Assembly (NCBI GenBank): GCA_026707815.1
Contig: JAPOWB010000009.1
Coordinates: 70,752 to 134,751, forward strand
DNA from: Candidatus Saccharimonadota bacterium
Lineage (GTDB): Bacteria > Patescibacteriota > Saccharimonadia > Saccharimonadales > VXPC01
Direction: 5' to 3'
DNA length: 64,000 nucleotides
A program made the translations under genes and the position numbers. Shown piece by piece: positions 1 to 10,187 of the stretch (position 1 is its first letter; each line of letters opens with the position of its first letter). The notes beneath the pieces are model-generated. The model made no database searches. It was not told the origin of the DNA and worked only from the letters and a program-made list of their open reading frames with translations.

Positions 1-1
1 A

Positions 2-700
2 GCTTTTTGGAATTGGTTTAACCCTTTGATGGTTTGGGGCTTAGGATTCATTGCCGCCAAACTTTATTGCAATCGAAAATCTTTGAAGAGATATTTTGGT
101 ATTAAATTTATTGCCTCCTTGATAATCCTATCGGCAATTTTATTTATATTGTTAATTGCTAGTTGGAATGCTAATTTAGATAATCTATTTTTAAGCTTGG
201 GTTTGCCTGATCAATTGCCTGATATTAATAATGTCCTGAATAATTTCTGGCAAAGTCTGAAAGCCATAGTTTGGCAAGCTCCTCATTATCCACAATGGTG
301 GTTAGCTCAATTGCCAGTTTTGGGAGTTTTTACAGCTTCAATGTTGCCATTTGGCGCCTACGCCTTACTAACTAAGAAAATTCTTCTGCCCTACAAAGCT
401 TTAATGCTTTGTTTCGGTATTTTGCTAATCTTTTTAAGCTTAAATCAAGGTATTCAAACTCAAGGTTCGGTTTTATTCTTATTATTTATTATTCTACTGG
501 CTGCACTTGGTATTAATCAATTTAATAATCATTGGAGACAATACTTTCCCTTTAATCCTCTAGCTAGATATATTGGAATAACAATTTTAAGCGCATTGAT
601 TTGCTTAAGTTTGTTTTATCAACTGCAACGCTATTATATTGCTTGGAGCCACAATCCTCAGACTCGAGAAATTTATCATTTAAAACCTACAGCAGATTAA
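2..700 (+). CDS. Polytopic membrane protein, 5'-partial
   Basis: The frame is open from base 2, with no stop before the listed Met at 26. The translation is dominated by hydrophobic helices (FIASLIILSAILFILLIASW, LCFGILLIFLSL, VLFLLFIILLAALGI). No family recognised. Confidence 0.5.
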   Translation, partial: AFWNWFNPLMVWGLGFIAAKLYCNRKSLKRYFGIKFIASLIILSAILFILLIASWNANLDNLFLSLGLPDQLPDINNVLNNFWQSLKAIVWQAPHYPQWWLAQLPVLGVFTASMLPFGAYALLTKKILLPYKALMLCFGILLIFLSLNQGIQTQGSVLFLLFIILLAALGINQFNNHWRQYFPFNPLARYIGITILSALICLSLFYQLQRYYIAWSHNPQTREIYHLKPTAD

Positions 701-720
701 AATCTGTTAGAATTAATTCT

Positions 721-1014
721 ATGAGTAAATTAGATCAAGCTAAATTATTATTACAAGTTCGTAAGATACAAAAACAACTTAAAAATGAAGTTTTAGAAAT
801 TGTCGGAGGCGATGGCATGATTGTCATTGAAATCACTGGCGAGCAAAAAATTAAAGCTGTTCATCTTGATCCAGATCGCATCGATTTAGAAGATATTGAA
901 GCTTTAGAAGATGCTGTAGCCGAAACTATTCGTCAAGCTATTGCCCAAAGCCAAAAACTAGCGGCTAAAAAAATGAAGCCATTCATGGGGCAACTTGGTA
1001 ATTTGGGCTTGTAA
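721..1014 (+). CDS. ybaB: YbaB/EbfC-family nucleoid-associated protein
   Basis: ATG at 721 gives a 97-aa product; the listed 601 start overlaps the upstream gene. The GGDGMIVIEITGEQKIKAVHLDP...DLEDIEALEDAV pattern and size are typical of YbaB/EbfC. Confidence 0.75.
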   Translation: MSKLDQAKLLLQVRKIQKQLKNEVLEIVGGDGMIVIEITGEQKIKAVHLDPDRIDLEDIEALEDAVAETIRQAIAQSQKLAAKKMKPFMGQLGNLGL

Positions 1015-1090
1015 AAAGAGTTTTGCTTCGAGAGGAATAAAATATCCAAAAATAGACTTGGAATACTGAATGTAATTTAGTCTTTAAAAC

Positions 1091-2158
1091 TTGCTCAATT
1101 ATAATGTTGAAAGAGAAAAACTTCATACAATTATGTTTTCAAAATTAAATCAACTGGTTGAATCAGCTTCTAAAATCAATTTAATTATTGCCAATAACCC
1201 TGATGCAGATAGTGTAGGTTCAGCTCTGGCTTTAAGAGAGATTTTTGAAACATTAAATAAAACTGTTTATCTTTATTGTCATGTTGATATTCCAGTTTAT
1301 CTGCATTTTTTAAAAAATTGGCATGACATTCAAAAAAGCTTTATCTCCGACTATGATTTAGCAATTATGGTGGATAACAGCACTCAGACCCTGCTACAAA
1401 ATCCTCAAAGACCTGATTTAATACATTCTCTCAAGGTTAAACCTTTTGTCATATTAGATCACCACACTAGCCAAACAGATATTGATTTCGCAGATGAAAT
1501 CATTAATCAACCTCAAATGGTGGCCACAGGTCAATTGATTTATAAAATTGCCCAAGTTTTAAATTGGCCAATCAATCAGCTAATCGCTAATTACTTATCT
1601 TCCAGCATCTTAAGTGATAGTTTAGGATTCACCAGTCAGGTCATGGTCAATAATCCTGAACCTTTACGGGTCGTAGGTGACTTGGTGGAATTGGGGGCTG
1701 ATTTACATCAATTAGCTCAAGATCGGCTGAAATACCAACAAATACCAGCTAATCTAGTCTCTTATAAAGCTGAACTTTTAAAGAGGATTGAATTTTACCA
1801 TGAGAATCAGCTAGCCCTTATAACTATTCCGCATTCCGAAATTAAAGAATATAGCTCATTTTTCAATCCGACCATCATTTTAGATGACATGAAAATAATT
1901 GAAAAAGTTAAATTAACTGTTGGCTTTAAGCAATACTATGATCAATCCAATAATTTAATCCGAATTACCAGCCGAATTCGTTGTCTGAAGGATTGCCAAA
2001 TAGCTCAAGAATTAGCTGAAGCCTTCGGGGGTGGAGGACATCCTTATGCTTCTGGAGTTAAATTTGAGAATTCTAATTTGGATTTTATCGAGATCAAAAA
2101 AGCTTTGATTGAAACAGCCGGTCAATTATTAGATAAAGAAAGTATGGACGGTGCATAA
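1091..2158 (+). CDS. nrnA: DHH/DHHA1 phosphoesterase (NrnA-like oligoribonuclease/pAp phosphatase)
   Basis: DHH motifs NNPDADSVGSALAL and ILDHHTS, plus DHHA1 motif GGGGHPYASG. The listed start is TTG; ATG at 1133 is an alternative. Confidence 0.7.
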   Translation: MLNYNVEREKLHTIMFSKLNQLVESASKINLIIANNPDADSVGSALALREIFETLNKTVYLYCHVDIPVYLHFLKNWHDIQKSFISDYDLAIMVDNSTQTLLQNPQRPDLIHSLKVKPFVILDHHTSQTDIDFADEIINQPQMVATGQLIYKIAQVLNWPINQLIANYLSSSILSDSLGFTSQVMVNNPEPLRVVGDLVELGADLHQLAQDRLKYQQIPANLVSYKAELLKRIEFYHENQLALITIPHSEIKEYSSFFNPTIILDDMKIIEKVKLTVGFKQYYDQSNNLIRITSRIRCLKDCQIAQELAEAFGGGGHPYASGVKFENSNLDFIEIKKALIETAGQLLDKESMDGA

Positions 2159-3558
2159 TGAAGCTAAAAGATACCTTAAGTCAAACTTTCAAATATATTG
2201 ATTCCAAACAGCCAGTTATTCAAATTTATTCCTGTGGTCCAACTGTTTATGATTATCCCCACTTAGGTAATTGGTATGCTTTTTTACGATGGGATTTACT
2301 GATCAGAGCCTTAAAATTACAAGATTATACTGTCAATTGGGTAATGAATATCACTGACGTTGGACATCTAGCTAGTGATGCTGACGAAGGCGAAGATAAG
2401 TTGGTTCAAAAAGCTCGGCAAGAACGTAAAACTGCTCAAGAAATTGCTCAGTATTACACTGAATATTTTTTACACTCTTTGCAAAAACTCAATTTTATCA
2501 TGCCTAATCATTTGCCTAAAGCAACTGAATATATTGATCAACAGATAGATTTAATTAAAAAATTAGAAACTCAAGGTGTGACCTACATGATCAATGATGG
2601 TCTTTATTATGATACTTCAAAATTGCCAGACTATGGCAAGTTAGCTCAATTAAACAGACAGGGCTTCGAGCCAACAGATAGAATTGATTTTAATGAGCAA
2701 AAAAGACATTTAACTGATTTTGCTTTATGGAAACTCAGTCCCAAAAAACAGAAGCGAGATATGGAATGGGATTCACCTTGGGGGCGTGGTTTCCCCGGTT
2801 GGCATGCTGAATGTTCAGCAATGTCGGAAGCACATTTCAATCTCCCTATTGACATTCACACCGGGGGAATTGACCATATACCAATCCATCATACCAATGA
2901 GTTAGCTCAATCTGAAGTAGCCTACCAAAAACCCTTGGCTAAGATTTGGCTTCATTCCAATTTTATTACTGTTGAAGGGCAAAAAATGGCTAAGAGTAAG
3001 GCTAATTTTTACACCTTAGAAGATCTTCTAAAGGCAAATTATGATTTGGAAAGCTTTCGGCTAGCAGTCTTTAGTAGTCGATACTCTAAAGCTGTTGACT
3101 TTAATTGGCAATTACTTGATCAAGCTCAGAAAAGATTTCAGCGTTGGCAAAACATGATTGTTTTGCGTTTTCAAACGACATTGCAAGCAGAGGAAAAAAT
3201 TCATTTAGAAGATTTCAAACAGCTCAAAGAGATTTGCTTAGAAAATATTAATGATAATCTAAATAGCCCAGTTATTTTAGAGGTTATTGATAAATTCTCT
3301 CATCAATTAACCATTCCTTTGTCAGAAAATTTGAAACCAGCTTTGGAGGATTTAGGTTATTTTATGGACAATCTCTTGGGATTATCTCTGATGCAGATCC
3401 CCGATATTTCAATAGGGCAAAAAGAAAAATTAGACCAAAGACATAAAGCTCGGCAAGATAATGATTTCGAAAATAGCGATAGATTACGCCGAGAATTGTT
3501 AGAACAGGGAATTTCTATTTTAGATACTGAATTTGGACAAATTTGGCAATTAAATTAA
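2158..3558 (+). CDS. cysS: Cysteine--tRNA ligase
   Basis: Class I aaRS signatures HLGN (HIGH) and KMAKS (KMSKS). CGPTVYD N-terminus and WHAECS motif. TAATG overlap with the upstream stop. Confidence 0.95.
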   Translation: MKLKDTLSQTFKYIDSKQPVIQIYSCGPTVYDYPHLGNWYAFLRWDLLIRALKLQDYTVNWVMNITDVGHLASDADEGEDKLVQKARQERKTAQEIAQYYTEYFLHSLQKLNFIMPNHLPKATEYIDQQIDLIKKLETQGVTYMINDGLYYDTSKLPDYGKLAQLNRQGFEPTDRIDFNEQKRHLTDFALWKLSPKKQKRDMEWDSPWGRGFPGWHAECSAMSEAHFNLPIDIHTGGIDHIPIHHTNELAQSEVAYQKPLAKIWLHSNFITVEGQKMAKSKANFYTLEDLLKANYDLESFRLAVFSSRYSKAVDFNWQLLDQAQKRFQRWQNMIVLRFQTTLQAEEKIHLEDFKQLKEICLENINDNLNSPVILEVIDKFSHQLTIPLSENLKPALEDLGYFMDNLLGLSLMQIPDISIGQKEKLDQRHKARQDNDFENSDRLRRELLEQGISILDTEFGQIWQLN

Positions 3559-3584
3559 AGATTAAACTAAGATAAAAAATCCTT

Positions 3585-4718
3585 TTATTTAGATTTTTTA
3601 GCTAATCTCTTTTGATCATATCTTTTATAACTCTCAGTCAAATCAGCTCGATTTCTATCAAAATAATCTACTGACCAGACTTTAATGCAAGCAGCAATTG
3701 GGACTGATAATAAAACTCCAGGAATACCAGCAATTGAAGCTCCTATTAAGGTAGCTAGTAAAACTTGTAAAGCGCTTAAATTGCTTTGATGTCCTTGAAT
3801 CAAGGGTTGAATAGTCAAGTTCTCAATTTGCTGATAAACGACAAAATAAATCAACAGGATGATACCACTTTTAACATCGACTAACAGAGTTAGTAAAACT
3901 ACTATACCAGCACCAATGATAATTCCAATTAAAGGCACTAAACTAAAGACTGTAATAATAGCTGCCATAGCAATTTCAGAATATTCAGCCGGTAAAGGCA
4001 ACAACAGTAAAATAACTAGAGACATTAAACCACCCAATAAAGCAATAATAAATTGACCGCTGATATAACCACTGACTACTTCAGACATTTGAACATAAAG
4101 TTCATGCCAACGCTGAAACTTGTTGCTAGGAATAAAAGTCTTAATGCTGCGAAAAACCTTGGGGCTTTCTGTCAAAATCATGAAAGCCATAACAAAGACC
4201 AAAAATAAACTACCAAAGAAAGAAAAGATATCTTGCAAGATGCCTAAAACACCTCTAATATTATTAGTCAAAAAATCGCTAATATTGGTAGCATAGGTGT
4301 TAATAACATCATCAATACCAGTGCTAACCAATAAATTAGACAGCCAGTCATCCTGTTGATGCAGTCTTTCGACGATAGTCACTAAATTCCCAGCAAAATC
4401 ATTGATTTGCTCTAAAATTGTCGGGATAATAATCGCCCCAAATCCGATTAAAATAATTAAAACAAAACCAAAAGTAATACAAGTAGCAACAGTTTTGCTT
4501 TTAATATTAAACCAATGTCTTACTCGAGCAACCACAGGATTTAAAGCTATGGCAAACAATAAGGCCAAAAGTAATAACAAGATAATAGGCATGACTTCTT
4601 TGAGAAATTCGATGCCTAAAATAAGAAGCAAAACAATAGCCGTAACTTTAACGACCGTTAAAAACTTAATATCCAAATTTAGTTTATCTTTATCGGATGA
4701 TGGAGTGAGTCGAAACAT
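3585..4718 (-). CDS. AI-2E family transporter (PerM-like permease)
   Basis: 377 aa with about 8 hydrophobic helices. The C-terminal LIGASIAGIPGVLLSVPIAACIKV segment is typical of the AI-2E/UPF0118 family. Confidence 0.65.
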   Translation of the reverse strand: MFRLTPSSDKDKLNLDIKFLTVVKVTAIVLLLILGIEFLKEVMPIILLLLLALLFAIALNPVVARVRHWFNIKSKTVATCITFGFVLIILIGFGAIIIPTILEQINDFAGNLVTIVERLHQQDDWLSNLLVSTGIDDVINTYATNISDFLTNNIRGVLGILQDIFSFFGSLFLVFVMAFMILTESPKVFRSIKTFIPSNKFQRWHELYVQMSEVVSGYISGQFIIALLGGLMSLVILLLLPLPAEYSEIAMAAIITVFSLVPLIGIIIGAGIVVLLTLLVDVKSGIILLIYFVVYQQIENLTIQPLIQGHQSNLSALQVLLATLIGASIAGIPGVLLSVPIAACIKVWSVDYFDRNRADLTESYKRYDQKRLAKKSK

Positions 4719-4777
4719 GAATTCTGATATTCTTTCTAAAGCTTTATTCTACAAGAAAATGTCTTAAAAGATAAAAC

Positions 4778-5926
4778 TTATTTTTTTGATACAACCTTCT
4801 TAAAACAAGCTTCATATTGATCAGTAATGATTGGATAATCATAATTACCAATTTCAGATCTCGCCCAAGTTTGCCAAGCTAATCTTAAGGTTTCATTATT
4901 GCAAAATTGCTCTAATGCCGAAGCGAATTTGGGAATATCATGAGGATCTACCAAAGAAGCCCGACCTTGATTTTTTAAAACACTTCTATAGCCTTCATTG
5001 TCTCCAGCTACAACTGGCAAATCAGCAACCATTGACTCTAATAAAACAATCCCAAAACTCTCGCCAAAAGGGGCTGGACTAACATATAATCGAGCATTGG
5101 CAAATAATTCATATTTACGATCCTCAGAAACATAGCCTTCAAATGTTACAAAATCCTTTAAACCATAGCGTTCAACATCTGCTTTTAAAACTTCAGCCAT
5201 TGGACCAGTTCCCGCTATAATCAAGGGAACTGGATCGCTAATAGTTTGGCTGAGATATTGGTGATAAGCCTGAATTAGAAGTCTCGGACCTTTACGCTTT
5301 TCCAATCGATTTAAGTATAAAATATAAGGCTTGGGATCAAGTCTTTTGTGGGTTTCTATCTGAGCTTGGTGATGAGCTATATCTATGGCATTAGGAATGA
5401 TAACTGGCTTGTGTTTACTGTCATTGATAAAAGTTACATTATAACCAGCTACAGGTGAAACAGCCGTAACAATATCTAATTTATCTAGTACTGATCTGAA
5501 ATAAGGAGTTCGAATTTTCTCTAAAGATTTGTTGAACCAAGATCGAGGCCAGCGAGCATGAGTTGTACCGACAATCGGGCAACTAGCTTCTTGGAGAATT
5601 TGATAGGGAAGCATAGGCATCCACGGTTCATGAATATTTAAAACATCAAATTGTTGGCTATTGAGAAAATCAGCAATCATTAATCGATTAGCCGTGGCAA
5701 TTGGGAAAGATGTATGAAAAGGGTTTTTGAAATTAATTTGAACGCTGACACCCAGCAAAGTAACATTGTCGGGGGTTTTTTCAATATCTGCCTTCAATCT
5801 TGGTCTGGGGGCGACGATTAAAACTTCATGACCTCGATTCAAAAGATGGAGTTGGAGATACTTTATCAATGTTTGGACTCCACCGTAACTAGTCATGTAA
5901 TAAGGAGAAACTATACCTATCTTCAT
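4778..5926 (-). CDS. Glycosyltransferase family 4 (GT-B fold)
   Basis: N-terminal YGGVQT...GHEVLIV and C-terminal ESFGIVLLESMVADLPVV (EX7E) motifs. Confidence 0.75.
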   Translation of the reverse strand: MKIGIVSPYYMTSYGGVQTLIKYLQLHLLNRGHEVLIVAPRPRLKADIEKTPDNVTLLGVSVQINFKNPFHTSFPIATANRLMIADFLNSQQFDVLNIHEPWMPMLPYQILQEASCPIVGTTHARWPRSWFNKSLEKIRTPYFRSVLDKLDIVTAVSPVAGYNVTFINDSKHKPVIIPNAIDIAHHQAQIETHKRLDPKPYILYLNRLEKRKGPRLLIQAYHQYLSQTISDPVPLIIAGTGPMAEVLKADVERYGLKDFVTFEGYVSEDRKYELFANARLYVSPAPFGESFGIVLLESMVADLPVVAGDNEGYRSVLKNQGRASLVDPHDIPKFASALEQFCNNETLRLAWQTWARSEIGNYDYPIITDQYEACFKKVVSKK

Positions 5927-5938
5927 CTTTAATAAATC

Positions 5939-6901
5939 CTAGTCCCTAAAATTCTTGAAATGTAAAATTAAACTAGCTGGCATCAACAAGCTGGCTTCTT
6001 TTTCAGTGGCAATCACTGTCGGGGCATGACTGGGTAGATTAACAGACGCATAATCAACTTTTTTATAGACCTTCTTCAAATCCACCAAATTAGCTTGGTT
6101 ATCTAAGAATTGATCGCCTTGAGTAGCTATATGGTATAAATGTCCATTAATCTGATAATCCAACAAATTAGCTGTTAACATGAATTTAGCAGTATAAGCC
6201 CAAGTTCTAACATCATTGCAATGCCAGAGATGAGTTTCCATGACCAATAACTGACGCTTTTGGGCTTTGGTGAGATTTTTAAACTTAGATTTAGCTAATT
6301 TAGTTGTAGCATAAAAATATCGCAAAACAAATCTATTCAAAATCACATATCTAAAACCCCCAGCAATAAATCTTTGAGATATGAGAGTTGCCCCTAAAAG
6401 ATAGAGTTTTCGACGAATTGGGCTGAAAATAAGTCTTTGACCCGACAGAAAGCCAACTAGAGAGATTAATAAATTTACTCTTGGGCTTTGTTGGGGATAT
6501 TTTTTCAAAAATTGACTAGCAATGAGAAAGCCTAAACTAAAACCCATTAGGGTAAAGTTTTTATCTGGAGTTAATTGTTTCTTTAAAACATCATTCAGAT
6601 AAATCGCATAATTATCCAATGTTGGCTTTTTATTGATTTTATAAAAAGAATCCATGCCACCTAATCCGGGCAAATCAAGGGCTAAAACCTCTCCAAAATG
6701 CCTTAAATATTGTAAAAGACCTTGATTACGCTCTAAAGAAGCATGGTGTCCATAAATAATAACAATCAAATGATTCCCATGCTTTTTATTCAAGGCATTA
6801 GCTCTCCATAGGCGACCCCTCAAGCCATCAATGACTAAAGGTTTAAGGTGTTGACCAAAATCAGTCTGATTAGATCTGCTTTCAACAGATGAAATATTCA
6901 T
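5939..6901 (-). CDS. Alpha/beta-fold hydrolase
   Basis: Nucleophile elbow GFSLG within LMGFSLGFLIA, and an HG-type oxyanion region IIYGHHASL. Specific function unknown. Confidence 0.5.
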   Translation of the reverse strand: MNISSVESRSNQTDFGQHLKPLVIDGLRGRLWRANALNKKHGNHLIVIIYGHHASLERNQGLLQYLRHFGEVLALDLPGLGGMDSFYKINKKPTLDNYAIYLNDVLKKQLTPDKNFTLMGFSLGFLIASQFLKKYPQQSPRVNLLISLVGFLSGQRLIFSPIRRKLYLLGATLISQRFIAGGFRYVILNRFVLRYFYATTKLAKSKFKNLTKAQKRQLLVMETHLWHCNDVRTWAYTAKFMLTANLLDYQINGHLYHIATQGDQFLDNQANLVDLKKVYKKVDYASVNLPSHAPTVIATEKEASLLMPASLILHFKNFRD

Positions 6902-6970
6902 AAATATTGATGTAACTAACTTTCTATCTTAAAAAAGACCGAATAATTTTATAAATTCTTATCTATCTAG

Positions 6971-6998
6971 AATATCATTGCTTGCAAGAATGATTATC
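6971..6998. promoter_or_regulatory. Near-palindromic Fur/Zur-box-like element in the divergent intergenic region
   Basis: AATATCATTGCTTGCAAGAATGATTATC has ATCATT / AATGAT arms around a palindromic CTTGCAAG core. It lies between the hydrolase gene (-) and the COG0523 GTPase gene (+). Confidence 0.25.
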
Positions 6999-7180
6999 GT
7001 GGATAGACATTTCGCATAGAAATACTGTCTAAATTATAACAAAAACCTCAAAATCCATTAAATTAGCTTTTGAAAATATGGATTATATATTTAATCTAGA
7101 CATGTTGGAAAAAATATTTTAGATTAAATATTTTGAGAAAAATAAAAGAAAGATGATTTTTAAGGTATCATATTTAGAAT

Positions 7181-8185
7181 ATGAGAACTCATTCAATTCC
7201 GATTTTATTACTGAGCGGCTTTTTAGGCTCCGGTAAAACAACTTTACTCAACAACTTGTTGCAGAACAATCAGAATCTAAAAATAGGGGTGATTATCAAT
7301 GATTTTGGAGATATAAATATTGATTCACTTTTAGTCTCATCGCAAACTGATACATCTTTAGAATTAAGTAATGGCTGTATCTGCTGCAGTTTAGAAGAGG
7401 ACAGCTTAGATAACGCCCTAAATCAAATGGCTCATAGAGGTAGCCGACTAGATTATATTGTCATTGAAGCTTCAGGCTTAGCGGAAATCAGGGAATTAGC
7501 CACTATGCTTAAAATGATGAAAAATAATTACTGTCATTTTGATACTTTGGTAACAATTGTTGATGGTTTAAATTTTGAGAAAAATAATAAGACTTCAGAT
7601 AATGTTTTAAATGATTTAGTCATAGCAGACTTGATTATTATCAATAAGATTGATCTTATCTCAAGAAAAAAATTAGAAGATATTAAAAAGGGAATTAGAT
7701 TGATTAGTTCGACTGTCCGTATTTTGGAATCTGACCACGGGCAAGTTGACTTCTCCTTATTATTAGATATGCCCGATAAATCATCTCATCAATTGGCTTT
7801 AAATAATGATGAACAAAATCATCATAATCATAAACACCTTCATGATAAATTCCAGTCAATAAGTTTTCAAGCTGATGCTCCGATAGACCCCCAAAAATTT
7901 GAGGTTTGGGCGGAAAAATTGGATGTTAATATTTTCAGAAGTAAAGGTATCTTGAATTTTGGCATCAAGGGCGTTAACCATAAATTCATATTTCAAGCTG
8001 TTGGTCAACGCTATAGTTTAAAATTAGATGAATGGGGATTTGATGAAAATCCCAAGACTAATTTAGTGGTAATTGGCGTTGATTTGGATCAAAATCAAAT
8101 TAAGAAAGAATTGAATAAGTTAATTGATCAGGAACCTGAAAATCTATCAGCCGAAACTTTGATGGATATTTTTAAGTACAAGTAA
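7181..8185 (+). CDS. CobW/COG0523-family metallochaperone GTPase
   Basis: Walker A GFLGSGKTTLLN, GCICCS (CxCC) metal motif, His-rich linker NHHNHKHLH, and a CobW C-terminal-like domain. Confidence 0.8.
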   Translation: MRTHSIPILLLSGFLGSGKTTLLNNLLQNNQNLKIGVIINDFGDINIDSLLVSSQTDTSLELSNGCICCSLEEDSLDNALNQMAHRGSRLDYIVIEASGLAEIRELATMLKMMKNNYCHFDTLVTIVDGLNFEKNNKTSDNVLNDLVIADLIIINKIDLISRKKLEDIKKGIRLISSTVRILESDHGQVDFSLLLDMPDKSSHQLALNNDEQNHHNHKHLHDKFQSISFQADAPIDPQKFEVWAEKLDVNIFRSKGILNFGIKGVNHKFIFQAVGQRYSLKLDEWGFDENPKTNLVVIGVDLDQNQIKKELNKLIDQEPENLSAETLMDIFKYK

Positions 8186-8272
8186 AAAGATTGATTGAAT
8201 CTGAAATTTATCCCAAATTTTAATGTTATAATTTTTTATTATTAATTATATAAAGATTAATTAATGAATTAA

Positions 8273-8346
8273 TCGGAGATCGTCTAATGGTAGGACGCTG
8301 GGTTTTGGTCCCAGTAATCTAGGTTCGAATCCTAGTCTCCGAGCCA
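8273..8346 (+). tRNA. tRNA-Gln (anticodon TTG)
   Basis: Hand-folded cloverleaf. Acceptor TCGGAGA/TCTCCGA, anticodon stem CTGGG/CCCAG with loop TTTTGGT, T-arm CTAGG-TTCGAAT-CCTAG, encoded CCA. Confidence 0.9.
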
Positions 8347-8612
8347 AGTGAGAAGTTGTTGAAATTTATAGGTAAAAAGAGTGGATTTACATCTGTGAAA
8401 ATTAAATTCTTTGTGATTCCACTAGCTAATTTGTCATAAGTTGGTAATTTATTGTTCCAAATTATTAATCTCTTCTTCCATAATAGTGGTAGGACTATCT
8501 AAAACTTTGATTTTATCTAGATTAAACTTAATTTGATTATTCAAAGTCAAAAGTTGTCATAATTGTATTTCTTAGATACACTTTAAGAAGTTTATGAAGC
8601 TAAAATAAAGAG

Positions 8613-10186
8613 ATGGAAATAGATACTAAAAAAGAGCAAGAGAGACAACAGCTTCATTCAACTATTTGGAAAATAGCTAATAATTTAAGAGGCTCGGTGG
8701 ATGGTTGGGATTTTAAACAGTATGTTTTAGGCATGTTGTTTTATCGTTTTATTTCTGAAAATATTACCAATTATATTAACCGGGGTGAACATAAAACTGG
8801 TCAAAAAGATTTTGATTATGCAAAGCTTGATGATCAAACAGCGGAAGCTGGAAGATTTCAAACAATTAAAGAAAAAGGTTTTTACATTTTACCTAGCGAG
8901 TTGTTTGAAAATATTTGTAGATGGTCAGAAGAAGAAAACAATTTAGAAAACTTAAATGAAAGATTGTTTACAGTCTTTCATAATATTGAAGCTTCAGCTA
9001 AAGGAGCAGTCAGTGAAGATGATATTAAGGGACTCTTTGATGACTTAGATGTTAATAGTAATAGATTGGGGGGGGGATTCTTGAACGTAATCAAAAATTA
9101 CGCAAACTCCTTCAAGCTATTAGCTTACTTAACCTAGGTAAATACGAAGACAATACTATTGATGCTTTTGGTGATGCATATGAGTATTTGATGACCATGT
9201 ATGCCAGTGCAGCTGGCAAGTCAGGTGGTGAATTCTTTACCCCTCAAGAAGTAAGCGAGCTTTTGGCAAAAATTGTTTTAGTTGACAAGACTTCGATTAA
9301 TAAAGTTTATGATCCTGCCTGCGGATCAGGATCATTGCTTTTAAAATTTGCCAAAATACTTGGTAAAGATAATATTAAACAGGGCTTTTATGGTCAGGAA
9401 ATTAATTTAACTATTTATAATCTAGCTCGGATTAATATGTTCTTACATGACATTAATTACGAGAAATTTGATATAGCTCATGGTGATACCTTAATGAGTC
9501 CTAAGCATGAGAACGATGAGCCATTTGATGCCATTGTCTCTAATCCGCCTTATTCGACTAACTGGGAGGGTAAAAATAATCCTTTACTGATTAATGATGA
9601 TAGATTTTCCCCAGCTGGCATATTGGCACCTCCAAGCAAAGCAGATTTAGCTTTTACAATGCATATTTTAAGTTGGTTATCTACTAGTGGTACAGCAGCC
9701 ATTGTTGAATTTCCGGGAGTGCTTTACAGAGGTGGAGCAGAACAAAAAATACGAAAGTATTTAGTAGACAATAATTTTATAGATACTGTTATTCAGCTAC
9801 CATCAGATTTATTTTTTGGCACCAGCATTGCTACTTGCATAGTCGTTTTGAAAAAGAGCAAAAAAGATAACTCCATTCTTTTTATAGATGCTTCTAAGGA
9901 ATTTGTTAGAAATAGTACTAAAAACAAGTTTTCTCAACAGAATATAAGCAAGATTATTAAGACTTATAAAGAAAGAGTAAATATTGACTATTTTGCACAG
10001 CTAATTCCCAATAATCAAATTGCAGAAAATGACTATAATATTGCTATTGGTAACTATATTGAACAACCAGATTTGACAGAGAAGATAGATATTAAAACTC
10101 TAAACACTGAAATTGAAGAAATTGTTGTCAAACAAGAAAAATTAAGGCAACAAATTAATGCAATTGTAAAAGAAATTAAAGGATAG
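8613..10186 (+). pseudogene. hsdM: Type I R-M methyltransferase subunit HsdM, split by a frameshift in a G9 tract (possibly a phase-variable OFF state)
   Basis: ORF 8613..9137 is the HsdM N-terminal domain (LHSTIWKIANNLRGSVDGWDFKQYVLGMLFYRF). ORF 9188..10186 carries GKSGGEFFTPQ, DPACGSGSLL and NPPY. Reading the second frame back to the G-run gives GGILERNQKLRKLLQAI...DAFGDAYEYLM, continuous HsdM sequence. G10 or G7 would restore one 524-aa ORF. Confidence 0.9.
9068..9076 (+). repeat. G9 homopolymer inside hsdM (frameshift site)
   Basis: Nine consecutive G in an AT-rich gene. The reading frame changes exactly here. Confidence 0.95.
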
Positions 10187-10187
10187 T

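Noticed and set aside
2646-2905. ORF-track entries 2646..2855 (-) and 2720..2905 (+) inside cysS
   Set aside because: They lie wholly within the motif-supported CysRS frame, are short, have no recognisable motifs, and have unusual Cys/Ser/His-rich composition. They look like chance ORFs.
3859-5082. ORFs 3859..4056, 4402..4767 and 4831..5082, antisense to the AI-2E transporter and glycosyltransferase genes
   Set aside because: They are shadow ORFs opposite long, family-supported genes. Their Ile/Lys/Asn-rich translations are typical of antisense reading of AT-rich membrane genes.
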